Origin: Chitinophagaceae bacterium | GTDB lineage: Bacteria > Bacteroidota > Bacteroidia > Chitinophagales > Chitinophagaceae | DNA length: 57,829 nucleotides | Reading direction: 5' to 3' | Assembly: GCA_947458625.1 (NCBI GenBank) | Contig: CANGZN010000001.1 | Coordinates: forward strand, 1 to 57,829 | Shown: positions 39,478-49,033 of the stretch, one piece after another | Numbering within the stretch: the first letter of the stretch is position 1 | Layout: every line of letters begins with the position of its first letter | Made by a program: the position numbers and the translations under genes | Notes under the pieces: model-generated | What the model saw: the letters and a program-made list of their open reading frames with translations, nothing else | Database searches by the model: none | Told to the model about the DNA's origin: nothing

Positions 39478-40686
39478 ATGCGAAGTTTTGAAGTCCCCAC
39501 ATTCTATCGTAGCCCGCTTATCAGCGCCATCAAACAAAAAAGAAAAGCGGGTGATAAACTAAAGAAGGATTTTACGCCCACCTGCTTGGATATGGGTCCG
39601 CTTCAGATCTACCTGGCGCGTCATTTCGGTTTTTGCTATGGGGTTGAAAATGCCATTGAAATCGCATTTAGGACCATTGAACAAAATCCTGACAAGCGAA
39701 TTTTTCTACTGAGTGAGATGATCCACAATCCGCTGGTTAATGCAGATCTGCAGCAGCGAGGCATTCGCTTTCTACAGGACACTAAGGGAAAACAACTCAT
39801 CCCATTCGAAACATTGACCGCAGCTGATATAGTACTGATTCCTGCTTTCGGCACCACACTCGATATTGAGGAGAAATTACGGTCGATCGGCATTCAACTC
39901 GAATCCTATAACACCACCTGCCCCTTCGTAGAAAAAGTATGGAACCGAAGTGAATCCATTGCCCAGAAGGAATACACCATTGTGATACACGGCAAACCCT
40001 CACATGAAGAGACCCGAGCCACCTTTTCGCACGCGGCAGCACACGGTCCTGCCGTGGTGATCAAAGACCGGGAACAGGCAGAGCGTTTGGCCCGATATGT
40101 CCGGAAGGAAGCTACACAGGGCGAATTTGAAATTGAATTCGCCGGTCAATTTTCAGCGGGATTTCAGATCAACGAGCACCTCAAACGGATCGGCGTCGTG
40201 AACCAAACCACCATGTTGGCCTCCGACACACAAGGCATTGCTGATTATCTGAAAGAAGAAGTCCGGAAGACAAATGCCGATCCGGATGCGGTTGCGGACA
40301 CACGCGATACACTCTGCTATGCCACCAGCGACAATCAATCCGCTGTCATGGGTATGCTGGAAACCAGGGCCGACCTGGCACTGGTCGTTGGCGGATACAA
40401 TTCATCCAACACCTCGCACTTGTATGAATTACTGACAGAAAAGTTTCCGACCTATTACATCGACGGCCCTGATCGAATGGAGAGCAAAAAACGCATCCAT
40501 CATTTTGATTTTTTCCAGGGAACTGAAAAAACATCAGGGAACTACTTACCCGAAGATGGACCCGTTCGCATATTGATCACCAGCGGTGCATCCTGCCCGG
40601 ATGCGATGGTGGAACGCATACTCGAAAAGCTGGCTTCGTACTACAACGTATCACTCCCCTATGGAGAATGGGAGCTGAACGGCTGA
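39478..40686 (+). CDS. ispH: 4-hydroxy-3-methylbut-2-enyl diphosphate reductase
   Basis: FGFCYGV, IHNP, TCPFV, HEE, QTT, TLCYAT, SSNT, GASCP. Confidence 0.94.
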   Translation: MRSFEVPTFYRSPLISAIKQKRKAGDKLKKDFTPTCLDMGPLQIYLARHFGFCYGVENAIEIAFRTIEQNPDKRIFLLSEMIHNPLVNADLQQRGIRFLQDTKGKQLIPFETLTAADIVLIPAFGTTLDIEEKLRSIGIQLESYNTTCPFVEKVWNRSESIAQKEYTIVIHGKPSHEETRATFSHAAAHGPAVVIKDREQAERLARYVRKEATQGEFEIEFAGQFSAGFQINEHLKRIGVVNQTTMLASDTQGIADYLKEEVRKTNADPDAVADTRDTLCYATSDNQSAVMGMLETRADLALVVGGYNSSNTSHLYELLTEKFPTYYIDGPDRMESKKRIHHFDFFQGTEKTSGNYLPEDGPVRILITSGASCPDAMVERILEKLASYYNVSLPYGEWELNG

Positions 40687-40687
40687 C

Positions 40688-42343
40688 CTACTTGTACAAG
40701 AGTTCATAATACTCATGCGCCATCCGGTTGCTCTCGAATTGGTAGCGCACATCCCGCATCCCGTTTTTCATGATCTCTCTCCACACACCATAATTCTCAT
40801 AATAGAGGGGAAGGATCTGATTCTCGAGGATATCATAGAGCTTTTCCAGATCGTAATCATCCTGCTCCTGCACATACATATTATCATAGTCCGCCTTGGG
40901 CACTACAAATCCATTATGTCCATGGTTGATGAATTCAGGGATCCATCCGTCATCCGTGGAAAAATTCACCGAACCGTTCATACAAGCCGTCATGCCGCTG
41001 GTGCCGGAGGCTTCGCGCGGAACACGCGGATTATTCAGCCAGCAATCAGCCGCTTGCTTCATTCGTTTTGATAAGGTGAGCTCATAACCGATCAGGACGG
41101 CCATGTTCTTGTACTGACGGCTGATGTGAACGAGTTCATTGAATTCGCTGATCGCGGGATGATCGACCGGATAAGGCTTACCAGCCCAGATGATCTGTAC
41201 CGGATATTTTGAATTCCCCAGCAACTGCGCAAAACGCTTTTCATCCCGGGTAAGCAATCCGGCACGCTTGTAGCCGGCGAAGCGGCGTGCCCATACAATG
41301 GTGAAAACGTCTGGGTTGAAAAGTTTACCGGTTTGATCGGCCACGATCTCAAAGGCCCGCTTCTTAAGATATTTCTTACGGTCGTCGATACCATAATTGT
41401 CGCCGGCCTCCATGAACCGATACAATTGCTTATCCGCCCAATAGCGCCAGTTCTGTGCGTTGGTGATCGATTTGATCTGGCAGATACCTGGGTATTTAGC
41501 CCACATGGCCCGGGATACTTCTCCATGCAATCTGGAAACACCGTTTGCCATACGAGCAAAGCGGAGTGCCGCCAGAGAATGATTGAAATCATCACTGTCG
41601 TGTTGATACAGCTGCTTGACTTCCTCAATGGTCAGCCCGCAGAAATAACTCATCTTATGACAGAGATAGATATCATGCTTTTCGTTACCGGCTTCCTCTG
41701 GCGTATGTGTCGTGAACACCAAGCGCTTGGTGACTTCAGAAAGTTGTCGATTATACTTTTGATAGAGATAAAAAGCAGCCGACAAGCCGTGGGCCTCATT
41801 CAGGTGGTAGCGCTCAGGTTGAAAGTTCAACAGATCGACCAACTTTGCGCCACCGACACCCAGCAGAATGAACTGCGCCACCTTCGTTGCCACATTCGCA
41901 TCATACAGTCGATGCGTGATGGTCTGTGAAACATAATCGTTCTCCGGAAGATCGGTTGATAACAAGAAAAGGGGTGCCGACTTGAAGGTTTCGGGTTTTA
42001 GGTACATCGCCTTCACCCAAACCGGATGCTCGTGTATGGTGATTTGGAATTTGATTCCGGTGTCTTCCAGGAAACTATATTGTTTTTCATTCCAAGCAAC
42101 ATTCAGGGTCTGGTCCTGGTTTCGCTCCTGATCGTAATACCCATATTTCCACAGAATGCCGATACCGATCAGGTTCTGCTTCAATTCATAGGCACTGCGC
42201 AAATGGGAGCCGGCCAAGAACCCCAACCCGCCACTATAGATCTTCAAGGGCTGATGGATTGCGAACTCCATAGAAAAATAAGCCACCCGTTGAGCATAGC
42301 GCGCATCGGATTCGTAGGGGACTGAAAAATCGTGAAAGGACAT
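40688..42343 (-). CDS. glgP: Alpha-glucan phosphorylase-family (GT35) protein, short form, PLP lysine missing
   Basis: YFSMEF, YSGGLGFLAG, HLNEAH, FTTHTP, ARRFAGYKR, EASGTSGM(T); 551 aa. Confidence 0.85.
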   Translation of the reverse strand: MSFHDFSVPYESDARYAQRVAYFSMEFAIHQPLKIYSGGLGFLAGSHLRSAYELKQNLIGIGILWKYGYYDQERNQDQTLNVAWNEKQYSFLEDTGIKFQITIHEHPVWVKAMYLKPETFKSAPLFLLSTDLPENDYVSQTITHRLYDANVATKVAQFILLGVGGAKLVDLLNFQPERYHLNEAHGLSAAFYLYQKYNRQLSEVTKRLVFTTHTPEEAGNEKHDIYLCHKMSYFCGLTIEEVKQLYQHDSDDFNHSLAALRFARMANGVSRLHGEVSRAMWAKYPGICQIKSITNAQNWRYWADKQLYRFMEAGDNYGIDDRKKYLKKRAFEIVADQTGKLFNPDVFTIVWARRFAGYKRAGLLTRDEKRFAQLLGNSKYPVQIIWAGKPYPVDHPAISEFNELVHISRQYKNMAVLIGYELTLSKRMKQAADCWLNNPRVPREASGTSGMTACMNGSVNFSTDDGWIPEFINHGHNGFVVPKADYDNMYVQEQDDYDLEKLYDILENQILPLYYENYGVWREIMKNGMRDVRYQFESNRMAHEYYELLYK

Positions 42344-42514
42344 AATGTGTTTTTTTTACACGAAGTCGCAAGATAGGTGGAATCCGGCAATTAAAAAGTT
42401 GCCCCTCGCTGACCTGATGTGAATAAACTCTGAATAAACCAACAACGAAGTTCTTCCCAAGATCGGAAATAGATCATGACGGTGGACGGCATAAGTCATG
42501 CTATCTTGCAGTTG

Positions 42515-43339
42515 ATGGAAAAATTATTAGAATTCAGTCAACAGATCGGCCCTATTTGGTCGGCGGTATTAGCCACCACCTTCACTTGGTTTGTCACCGC
42601 CTTGGGAGCTTCCATGGTTTTCTTTTTTCGGACCATGCATCGTTCCGTCCTGGACCCGATGCTTGGGTTCACAGGAGGCGTTATGGTTGCAGCTAGCTTC
42701 TGGTCGCTGCTGGCCCCTTCCATTGAGATCTCAGAAAGGCTATATCCGGGATGGAGCTGGATGCCGGCTGCCGTCGGGTTCGCCGCCGGATCACTTTTCA
42801 TTTTTTCGCTGGACCGCTTTATGCCACACCTGCACTTGAATTTCGGCATTGAAGAGAAAGAGGGTGTACAGAGTAATCTACACCGCACCACTTTGCTGAT
42901 TTTGGCGATCACGCTGCATAATATTCCGGAGGGACTAGCGGTGGGTGTTTTGTTCGGCGCAGCTTACCTGGGCGTTGAGCATGCCACGGTTGCCGGGGCT
43001 ATTACCTTAGCCATCGGCATCGCCATTCAAAATTTTCCGGAGGGGATCGCCGTATCTATGCCGCTTAGGAGACAGGGCGTGGGCCGTTTCAAAAGTTTCT
43101 GGTACGGCCAATTGTCTGCGATCGTCGAACCGGTTGCAGGTTTAGTTGGTGCGGTCGCCGTTATTTACATCGAACCCCTACTCCCCTTCGCACTTGCCTT
43201 TGCAGCAGGGGCCATGATCTTCGTCGTAGTGGAAGAAGTAATCCCGGAAACGCAACGGGACAAATACACGGATCGATCTGTATTGGGCTTCATCGCCGGA
43301 TTCCTGGTCATGATGATCTTGGACGTTTCATTGGGCTGA
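42515..43339 (+). CDS. ZIP-family (ZupT/GufA) metal transporter
   Basis: GVMVAASFWSLL, HNIPEG, QNFPEG, EEVIPE; start trimmed to MEKLL at 42515. Confidence 0.92.
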   Translation: MEKLLEFSQQIGPIWSAVLATTFTWFVTALGASMVFFFRTMHRSVLDPMLGFTGGVMVAASFWSLLAPSIEISERLYPGWSWMPAAVGFAAGSLFIFSLDRFMPHLHLNFGIEEKEGVQSNLHRTTLLILAITLHNIPEGLAVGVLFGAAYLGVEHATVAGAITLAIGIAIQNFPEGIAVSMPLRRQGVGRFKSFWYGQLSAIVEPVAGLVGAVAVIYIEPLLPFALAFAAGAMIFVVVEEVIPETQRDKYTDRSVLGFIAGFLVMMILDVSLG

Positions 43340-43390
43340 ATCAGTCACTGAAAAATGATACCTTTGCCGACTAATAAAAAGAATTAGTCC

Positions 43391-44626
43391 ATGGCAGAAA
43401 AGATCAAAGTAGCTAACCCAGTAGTGGAACTGGATGGCGATGAAATGACACGCATCATCTGGTCATTTATCAAAGAAAAACTGATCCTACCCTATATCGA
43501 AGTAGACATCAAATACTACGACCTGGGCATGGAAAATCGTGACCTGACGGATGACCAAGTCACGGTGGATGCTGCCAACGCGATCAAAGAATTTGGTGTC
43601 GGGATCAAGTGCGCTACCATCACCCCCGATGAAGCGCGTGTTAAAGAATTCTCCCTCAAACAAATGTGGAAAAGTCCGAATGGCACCATCCGCAACATTC
43701 TGGACGGAACCGTTTTTCGGGAGCCCATCGTGATCAGTAATATTCCTCGCCTGGTTACGAATTGGACCGCTCCCATCATCGTGGGCCGTCATGCCTTCGG
43801 CGATCAATACCGTGCCACTGACACCGTGATCAAAGGAAAGGGTAAGCTTACCATGACCTTCACCCCGGAGGATGGCAGTGCACCTCAAACCTTTGAAGTT
43901 TTCAATTTCAAAGGGGATGGCGTGGCGATGTCCATGTACAATACCGATGAGAGCATCCGTGGATTTGCACGCAGCTGCTTCAATATGGCGCTGAGCAAAA
44001 AATGGCCCCTCTACTTATCGACTAAAAACACCATCCTGAAAAAATACGACGGCCGGTTCAAGGATATCTTTCAGGAGATCTTTGAACAAGAGTTCAAAAA
44101 CGCTTACGAAGCTGCCGGTATCGTTTATGAGCATCGCCTGATCGATGATATGGTCGCCTCTGCCTTGAAGTGGAACGGAAACTTTGTTTGGGCTTGTAAG
44201 AACTACGACGGCGATGTACAAAGCGATACTGTAGCGCAAGGGTTTGGCTCACTGGGACTGATGACTTCTGTGCTCATCACCCCCGATGGGAAAACCATGG
44301 AAGCAGAAGCTGCCCATGGCACCGTCACCCGCCATTACCGCGACCACCAGGCCGGAAAACCCACCTCAACGAACCCGATCGCCAGCATTTTTGCCTGGAC
44401 ACGCGGACTAGCTTTCCGAGGCAAACTCGACAATAACCAACCATTGATCGATTTTTGCGAAGCCTTGGAAAATGTTTGCATTGAAACCGTTGAGCAAGGA
44501 AAAATGACCAAAGACCTGGCTGTCTGCATTCACGGCAACAAAGTAAAACATGGAGAACACTACCTCTATACGCAGGAATTCCTCGATGCCATCGATGAAA
44601 ACCTGAAAAGCCGATTGAGCAAATAA
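43391..44626 (+). CDS. icd: NADP-dependent isocitrate dehydrogenase (eukaryote-like subfamily II)
   Basis: [46 protein letters not shown]. Confidence 0.97.
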   Translation: MAEKIKVANPVVELDGDEMTRIIWSFIKEKLILPYIEVDIKYYDLGMENRDLTDDQVTVDAANAIKEFGVGIKCATITPDEARVKEFSLKQMWKSPNGTIRNILDGTVFREPIVISNIPRLVTNWTAPIIVGRHAFGDQYRATDTVIKGKGKLTMTFTPEDGSAPQTFEVFNFKGDGVAMSMYNTDESIRGFARSCFNMALSKKWPLYLSTKNTILKKYDGRFKDIFQEIFEQEFKNAYEAAGIVYEHRLIDDMVASALKWNGNFVWACKNYDGDVQSDTVAQGFGSLGLMTSVLITPDGKTMEAEAAHGTVTRHYRDHQAGKPTSTNPIASIFAWTRGLAFRGKLDNNQPLIDFCEALENVCIETVEQGKMTKDLAVCIHGNKVKHGEHYLYTQEFLDAIDENLKSRLSK

Positions 44627-44656
44627 AAAAAGGCGGGATTGATTCCCGCCTTTTTT
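44625..44656 (+). terminator. Intrinsic terminator after icd (possibly bidirectional)
   Basis: AAAAAAAGGCGGGA-TTGAT-TCCCGCCTTTTTT. Confidence 0.85.
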
Positions 44657-44728
44657 ATTTTCACGAATTCTTAGAAAAGTTTTTACCCTCTGCCTGTTGT
44701 CTTGGCTGGTGGGCTGTATGCACTGAGC

Positions 44729-44758
44729 AAAAAAAAGCCATCCGATCTGGATGGCTTT
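44729..44758 (-). terminator. Intrinsic terminator after rpsG
   Basis: AAAGCCATCC-GATCT-GGATGGCTTT with a T8 tract on the minus strand. Confidence 0.85.
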
Positions 44759-44777
44759 ATATAAAAAGAATTTACTG

Positions 44778-45245
44778 TTAGATACGGAAGTGAGCGAAAG
44801 CTTTGTTCGCTTCAGCCATACGGTGTGTGTCTTCTTTTTTCTTGAAGGCTGCACCTTCACCCTTACTGGCCGCTACAATCTCATTGGCCAATTTGTCTGC
44901 CATGCTACGCCCGTTACGCTCACGGCTGTAACGGATCAACCATTTCATGCTCAAAGAGATCTTACGATCCGGACGAACTTCAGAAGGAATCTGGAAAGTT
45001 GCACCACCGATACGACGGCTACGAACTTCTACAGAGGGTGAAACATTGGCTAATGCGCGCTTCCAAACTTCATAACCATCCTCACTGGTTTGCTTGGCTA
45101 CCTTGTCGAGGGCATCGTAGAAAATAGTGAAGGCTACACTCTTCTTACCCTGCCACATGACGTTGTTCACGAAGCGAGTTACCAACTTGTCGTTGAACTT
45201 TGGATCTGGTGCGAGAGGGAGTTTCTTGGCTTGTGCTTTCCGCAT
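44778..45245 (-). CDS. rpsG: 30S ribosomal protein S7
   Basis: [36 protein letters not shown]. Confidence 0.98.
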   Translation of the reverse strand: MRKAQAKKLPLAPDPKFNDKLVTRFVNNVMWQGKKSVAFTIFYDALDKVAKQTSEDGYEVWKRALANVSPSVEVRSRRIGGATFQIPSEVRPDRKISLSMKWLIRYSRERNGRSMADKLANEIVAASKGEGAAFKKKEDTHRMAEANKAFAHFRI

Positions 45246-45267
45246 GACGAATCAAATATTGAATGGA

Positions 45268-45648
45268 TTATTTCTTAGCTTTTTCACGCTTAGTACCGTA
45301 TTTGGAGCGGCTCTGTTTACGGTCTTTAACACCGGCGGTGTCCAAAGAACCACGAACAATGTGGTAACGTACTCCTGGCAAGTCTTTTACACGACCACCG
45401 CGGATCAATACGATTGAGTGCTCCTGCAGGTTGTGACCCTCTCCAGGGATGTAGGCGATCACCTCCACCTTGTTGGTCAAACGAACCTTTGCCACTTTAC
45501 GAAGGGCTGAATTCGGTTTTTTAGGAGTAGTTGTATACACACGGGTACATACACCACGACGTTGAGGACATTGATCGAGGGCACGAGACTTGCTCTTGGC
45601 CCGGATGATCTCCCTTCCTTTTCTCACCAGTTGTTGAATAGTAGGCAT
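45268..45648 (-). CDS. rpsL: 30S ribosomal protein S12
   Basis: [31 protein letters not shown]; ATG at 45648; TACCTTTG element just upstream. Confidence 0.98.
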   Translation of the reverse strand: MPTIQQLVRKGREIIRAKSKSRALDQCPQRRGVCTRVYTTTPKKPNSALRKVAKVRLTNKVEVIAYIPGEGHNLQEHSIVLIRGGRVKDLPGVRYHIVRGSLDTAGVKDRKQSRSKYGTKREKAKK

Positions 45649-45759
45649 TCGAATCCCTTGTTTTTGGGGAGGCAAAGGTAACGGGGAGAGGGCGAATCAC
45701 CAAAAAAAGAGAAAAAAAAAGACCAACTATAGCCGCTGATTATTAACGAGTTCTCCCCG

Positions 45760-46749
45760 CTAGAAGCGTGGGCAGGGCAAAAATCCGGCCTTGGAGGCGA
45801 TGCGCGGGGCATACCGCAATGAGATTTCCGTGCTCCTACCCCCTGGACCAACCCGGCCCAATACCCCCACTGAAATATCATAACTGGTTGCGAATGACCA
45901 GTTTCTCCAGCCAATTCCAAAACCAGGGACGACGGCATCGCCCACCCGGTAGGCCATGGAAGGCATCAGTCGCAAGTCCTCCCCAACGGAATAAGTCCCC
46001 ACAATAGACAACATTTTTTCAGTTGCGGTGCCCTGTCGCATGTAAAGCAAATGGGGTATCAGTGAGAATCGATCTGACAACGTCCACTGCAAACCTGCCT
46101 GCCCCAACATTCGGTACGGCATCCGTTGCTCCACTGAACTGCTGATAAATGGATCCTGTGGCCTACCCAGATGCATCAATGAGGCCCCAGCAAAGGGGCG
46201 AACTTTTTTATCCGCCGCACCATCCCAGTAGAAAAGCCCTACCCCAACATCAAATGTAGAAGCCGAGGTGCGGACCAATTGATCGCCGGTTTGTACGTTG
46301 GGGTCATAACCGGTGATGGGACTCCATTGGTCGCCAAACTGAAATTTCAGCGGATCGAACCGTCGACTGATCTGTCCGGCAGACAATCCCACCACCAGCT
46401 GATTCGTCCCCCATCGCACCCCCCGGTAGGCGATGGACGCATAACCGTTCAGGTAACGATAACCGCCTGTTCCGGCTTCCTGGTTCAAAAAACAGATCCC
46501 GAATTGCCAATCGGAACGCGACTTCCATTCAACGGAAACACCTTGGGTAGAATAAGGAACCATCATCGATCCCCACTGTGACCGATGCACGGCCGTGAAA
46601 CGAAGATCTTCTTCCATCGCACCCGTCATACCGGGATTCATACTCAAGGAAAATGAATAGAATTGGGAGAAATGAGGATCCACCTGTGACTGCGCGCGCA
46701 GAAACCATAACAAATGAAAAGAAAGCATCACAACCGAACGTACACTCAT
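45760..46749 (-). CDS. PorP/SprF-family type IX secretion membrane protein
   Basis: DPHFSQF...MNPGMTG, HRSQW, SYD, C-terminal STEISLRY...CPRF; overlaps the cargo gene stop by 4 nt. Confidence 0.88.
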   Translation of the reverse strand: MSVRSVVMLSFHLLWFLRAQSQVDPHFSQFYSFSLSMNPGMTGAMEEDLRFTAVHRSQWGSMMVPYSTQGVSVEWKSRSDWQFGICFLNQEAGTGGYRYLNGYASIAYRGVRWGTNQLVVGLSAGQISRRFDPLKFQFGDQWSPITGYDPNVQTGDQLVRTSASTFDVGVGLFYWDGAADKKVRPFAGASLMHLGRPQDPFISSSVEQRMPYRMLGQAGLQWTLSDRFSLIPHLLYMRQGTATEKMLSIVGTYSVGEDLRLMPSMAYRVGDAVVPGFGIGWRNWSFATSYDISVGVLGRVGPGGRSTEISLRYAPRIASKAGFLPCPRF

Positions 46750-48974
46750 CGGATCAAATTGATGGAACCTGTCTTTACTTTAATCGTATTATCCTGCAAA
46801 ACCACCTTAAGGGTATAGGCATATACGCCGATCGGTTGAGCTTTCCCTTTATGCGTACCATCCCATCCTTTACTGATGTCCGTGTTGAAATAGATCAGCT
46901 CCCCCCACTGATTGAAAATGCGGAGTTCGATCGTGGAGATGTAATTTCCATACACTTTCAACAGGTCATTACGGCCATCCCCATTGGGCGTAAACGTATT
47001 GGGAACAAAGATCTCTTTTGTACTGAGTGTCGTTCCGCTAACGGGCAGCGACCATTGACTGGTCTGACAAGTGACAACGCCCAAGGCCCGTACCACCAAC
47101 GTGACTGTGGTATTGCCCGCCAGGCCGGAAACCGTATGCACCGTGCCGGTTGCTCCGCTGCTGGGAGATTGAAAATTAATCCCCCCATCGATACTGACCT
47201 GATATCCTGTTGCCCCTGGCACAGCTGCCCATGTGAACGTGGCCGCAACAAACGTGACTGACTGTAAAGTCACAACAGGTGCCGGCAGCGCTGCGTACAA
47301 ACTAACCGAAACCGATGTTCGTGGCGCAGGTGAAACACATCCAGCCGGAACCGTGATGCCCTCCACAAACCAAGTTGAAGGGGCTTGAACATTGGTCACC
47401 ACATATGGATTTCCCGTGTAGACCGGCGTGCCGCCAGTAGCCTGACTATACCATCTCCAGGAGATATTTGCTGTTGTAATATTTTGTACGAGTAGGCTGG
47501 CATCCGTACCCGGACAAACCATTACGTTGCTCACCTGAGGCGTCGGTGCCAGTGGATTCACCGTCACATCCACAGCCGTGCGGGTCGCTGAAATACATCC
47601 TGCCTGGCTAACAGTCTGAACATAGTAGGTTGATGTAGACGTGACGTTGGTCAAATTATAATCCACCCCCGTGAACAGAACCGATCCACCTGTTGACGAA
47701 CTGAACCATTGGTAGGTTGACCCCGAAACTGGATTTTGAACACTGAGGGTCACATTGCCACCTGAGCAAACTGCTACCGCATTTGCCTGGGGCGCCGTCG
47801 GATCTGTCGCCACCGTTAGGGTCACCAGTGTGGTGGCATTGCAACCGGAGGCATGAGAAGCCTGCAGTGTGTAGGTTGTGGTAGTGGCAGGGCTGACACT
47901 GACACTGGATCCTGACTGCCCGCTTGGTGTCCAGGTATAAGTAGTAAACTGACCGATGCCCGGTACAGCGGTTAACTGTGCCGATTGTCCGCGGCAGATC
48001 GTTGCCGGCGTTGCAGTCGCCGTTACCGTGGCATTGTTGGTAAGTCCGACCGTTCCATTGTAAGTGCTTGTACAACCGCCTGCATCTGTGATTGTACAGG
48101 AATAGTTCCCGGGCGCTAATCCGGTCGCAGTAGAAAAAGTCTGTGCAGGCGTTGTATTCCAGCTGTATGCGTAGGGCGCGGAGGAACCGCTTACGGTAAG
48201 CGCAATACTTCCATTATTTAAACCATTGCAATTAGCGGGCGTGATTTGAGGTGTAATGGTTTGGGAATATGCTTGCCCGGACGCAGCCAAAAAAATCGCA
48301 TTCGGAAATAAACTGCCACCAGATGAGGAAACATTTGAAATGCTGATCCGATTCAACAACTTGAAACGATCTGTACAATTCAATGTGATTTCCAGAAAAT
48401 ACATACGGGGATTGGAGGGCAAGCCTTCGACTGTGTAAGGGCCGCTGCTCAGTCGTTTAATACGCCCAAATCCTTGTAATACGATGTTATTCTGTCCGTC
48501 GAACCAATCGGATAAAACAGCTCCATTCAGGTAGGTTGTCGTGGTTCCATCGGTGAAACCCAAACTGATGTTGAGTATACTGGACATCTCAGTAGAGAAG
48601 GCCAACAACCGAAGCTTGGCATAAGAGGATGGCGCAGTCACGGTCAGATCCGCCGACTGATTTCTACGCACGAATAAAACGTTATTGGCATTGTAAGGAG
48701 CCAGTTGATACGTATCGGCACCATTGACGATGGTTCCATTGGCAGGCAATCCGGCAGACAATCCGTTAGCCGAAGCAAATGCAGTGGAAAAGATCACACT
48801 GTTCGAAGGGCTGATCGCATCCATCTCTATGGTAGTTGTTGCCAGCGCACTATTTCCTGCTTCTGCCACCACATCCTGATTGAAACCGCTCAAGGGGATC
48901 GGCGTGTATTGTGACCACAAACCGAGTGGTGCAAAAAAAAGCATGGCCGTCAGGGCGTATTTAAAAAATCTCAT
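46746..48974 (-). CDS. T9SS cargo with type-B (gliding-motility-associated) CTD, SprB repeat, Ig-like and FN3 domains
   Basis: C-terminal IFVPNTFTPNGDGRND...IFNQWGE...GWDG...GVYAY...GSINLIR; GSIALTVSG..PY.YSW SprB repeat. Confidence 0.9.
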   Translation of the reverse strand: MRFFKYALTAMLFFAPLGLWSQYTPIPLSGFNQDVVAEAGNSALATTTIEMDAISPSNSVIFSTAFASANGLSAGLPANGTIVNGADTYQLAPYNANNVLFVRRNQSADLTVTAPSSYAKLRLLAFSTEMSSILNISLGFTDGTTTTYLNGAVLSDWFDGQNNIVLQGFGRIKRLSSGPYTVEGLPSNPRMYFLEITLNCTDRFKLLNRISISNVSSSGGSLFPNAIFLAASGQAYSQTITPQITPANCNGLNNGSIALTVSGSSAPYAYSWNTTPAQTFSTATGLAPGNYSCTITDAGGCTSTYNGTVGLTNNATVTATATPATICRGQSAQLTAVPGIGQFTTYTWTPSGQSGSSVSVSPATTTTYTLQASHASGCNATTLVTLTVATDPTAPQANAVAVCSGGNVTLSVQNPVSGSTYQWFSSSTGGSVLFTGVDYNLTNVTSTSTYYVQTVSQAGCISATRTAVDVTVNPLAPTPQVSNVMVCPGTDASLLVQNITTANISWRWYSQATGGTPVYTGNPYVVTNVQAPSTWFVEGITVPAGCVSPAPRTSVSVSLYAALPAPVVTLQSVTFVAATFTWAAVPGATGYQVSIDGGINFQSPSSGATGTVHTVSGLAGNTTVTLVVRALGVVTCQTSQWSLPVSGTTLSTKEIFVPNTFTPNGDGRNDLLKVYGNYISTIELRIFNQWGELIYFNTDISKGWDGTHKGKAQPIGVYAYTLKVVLQDNTIKVKTGSINLIR

Positions 48975-48989
48975 AGAGCAGTATTGAAT

Positions 48990-49015
48990 AAAAAAAAAGG
49001 GAGCGATTGGCTCCC
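48990..49015 (-). terminator. Intrinsic terminator after ilvE
   Basis: GGGAGC-GATTG-GCTCCC with a T9 tract on the minus strand. Confidence 0.75.
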
Positions 49016-49033
49016 TAATGTAGTAATTCTGTT

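Noticed and set aside
44657-44728. ~70-bp spacer between the icd and rpsG terminators as an sRNA or fusA remnant
   Set aside because: No -7 promoter, no convincing structure and no visible similarity to the fusA 5' region
45268-45648. Streptomycin-resistance allele of rpsL
   Set aside because: PKKPNS and RVKDLP both carry the wild-type lysines
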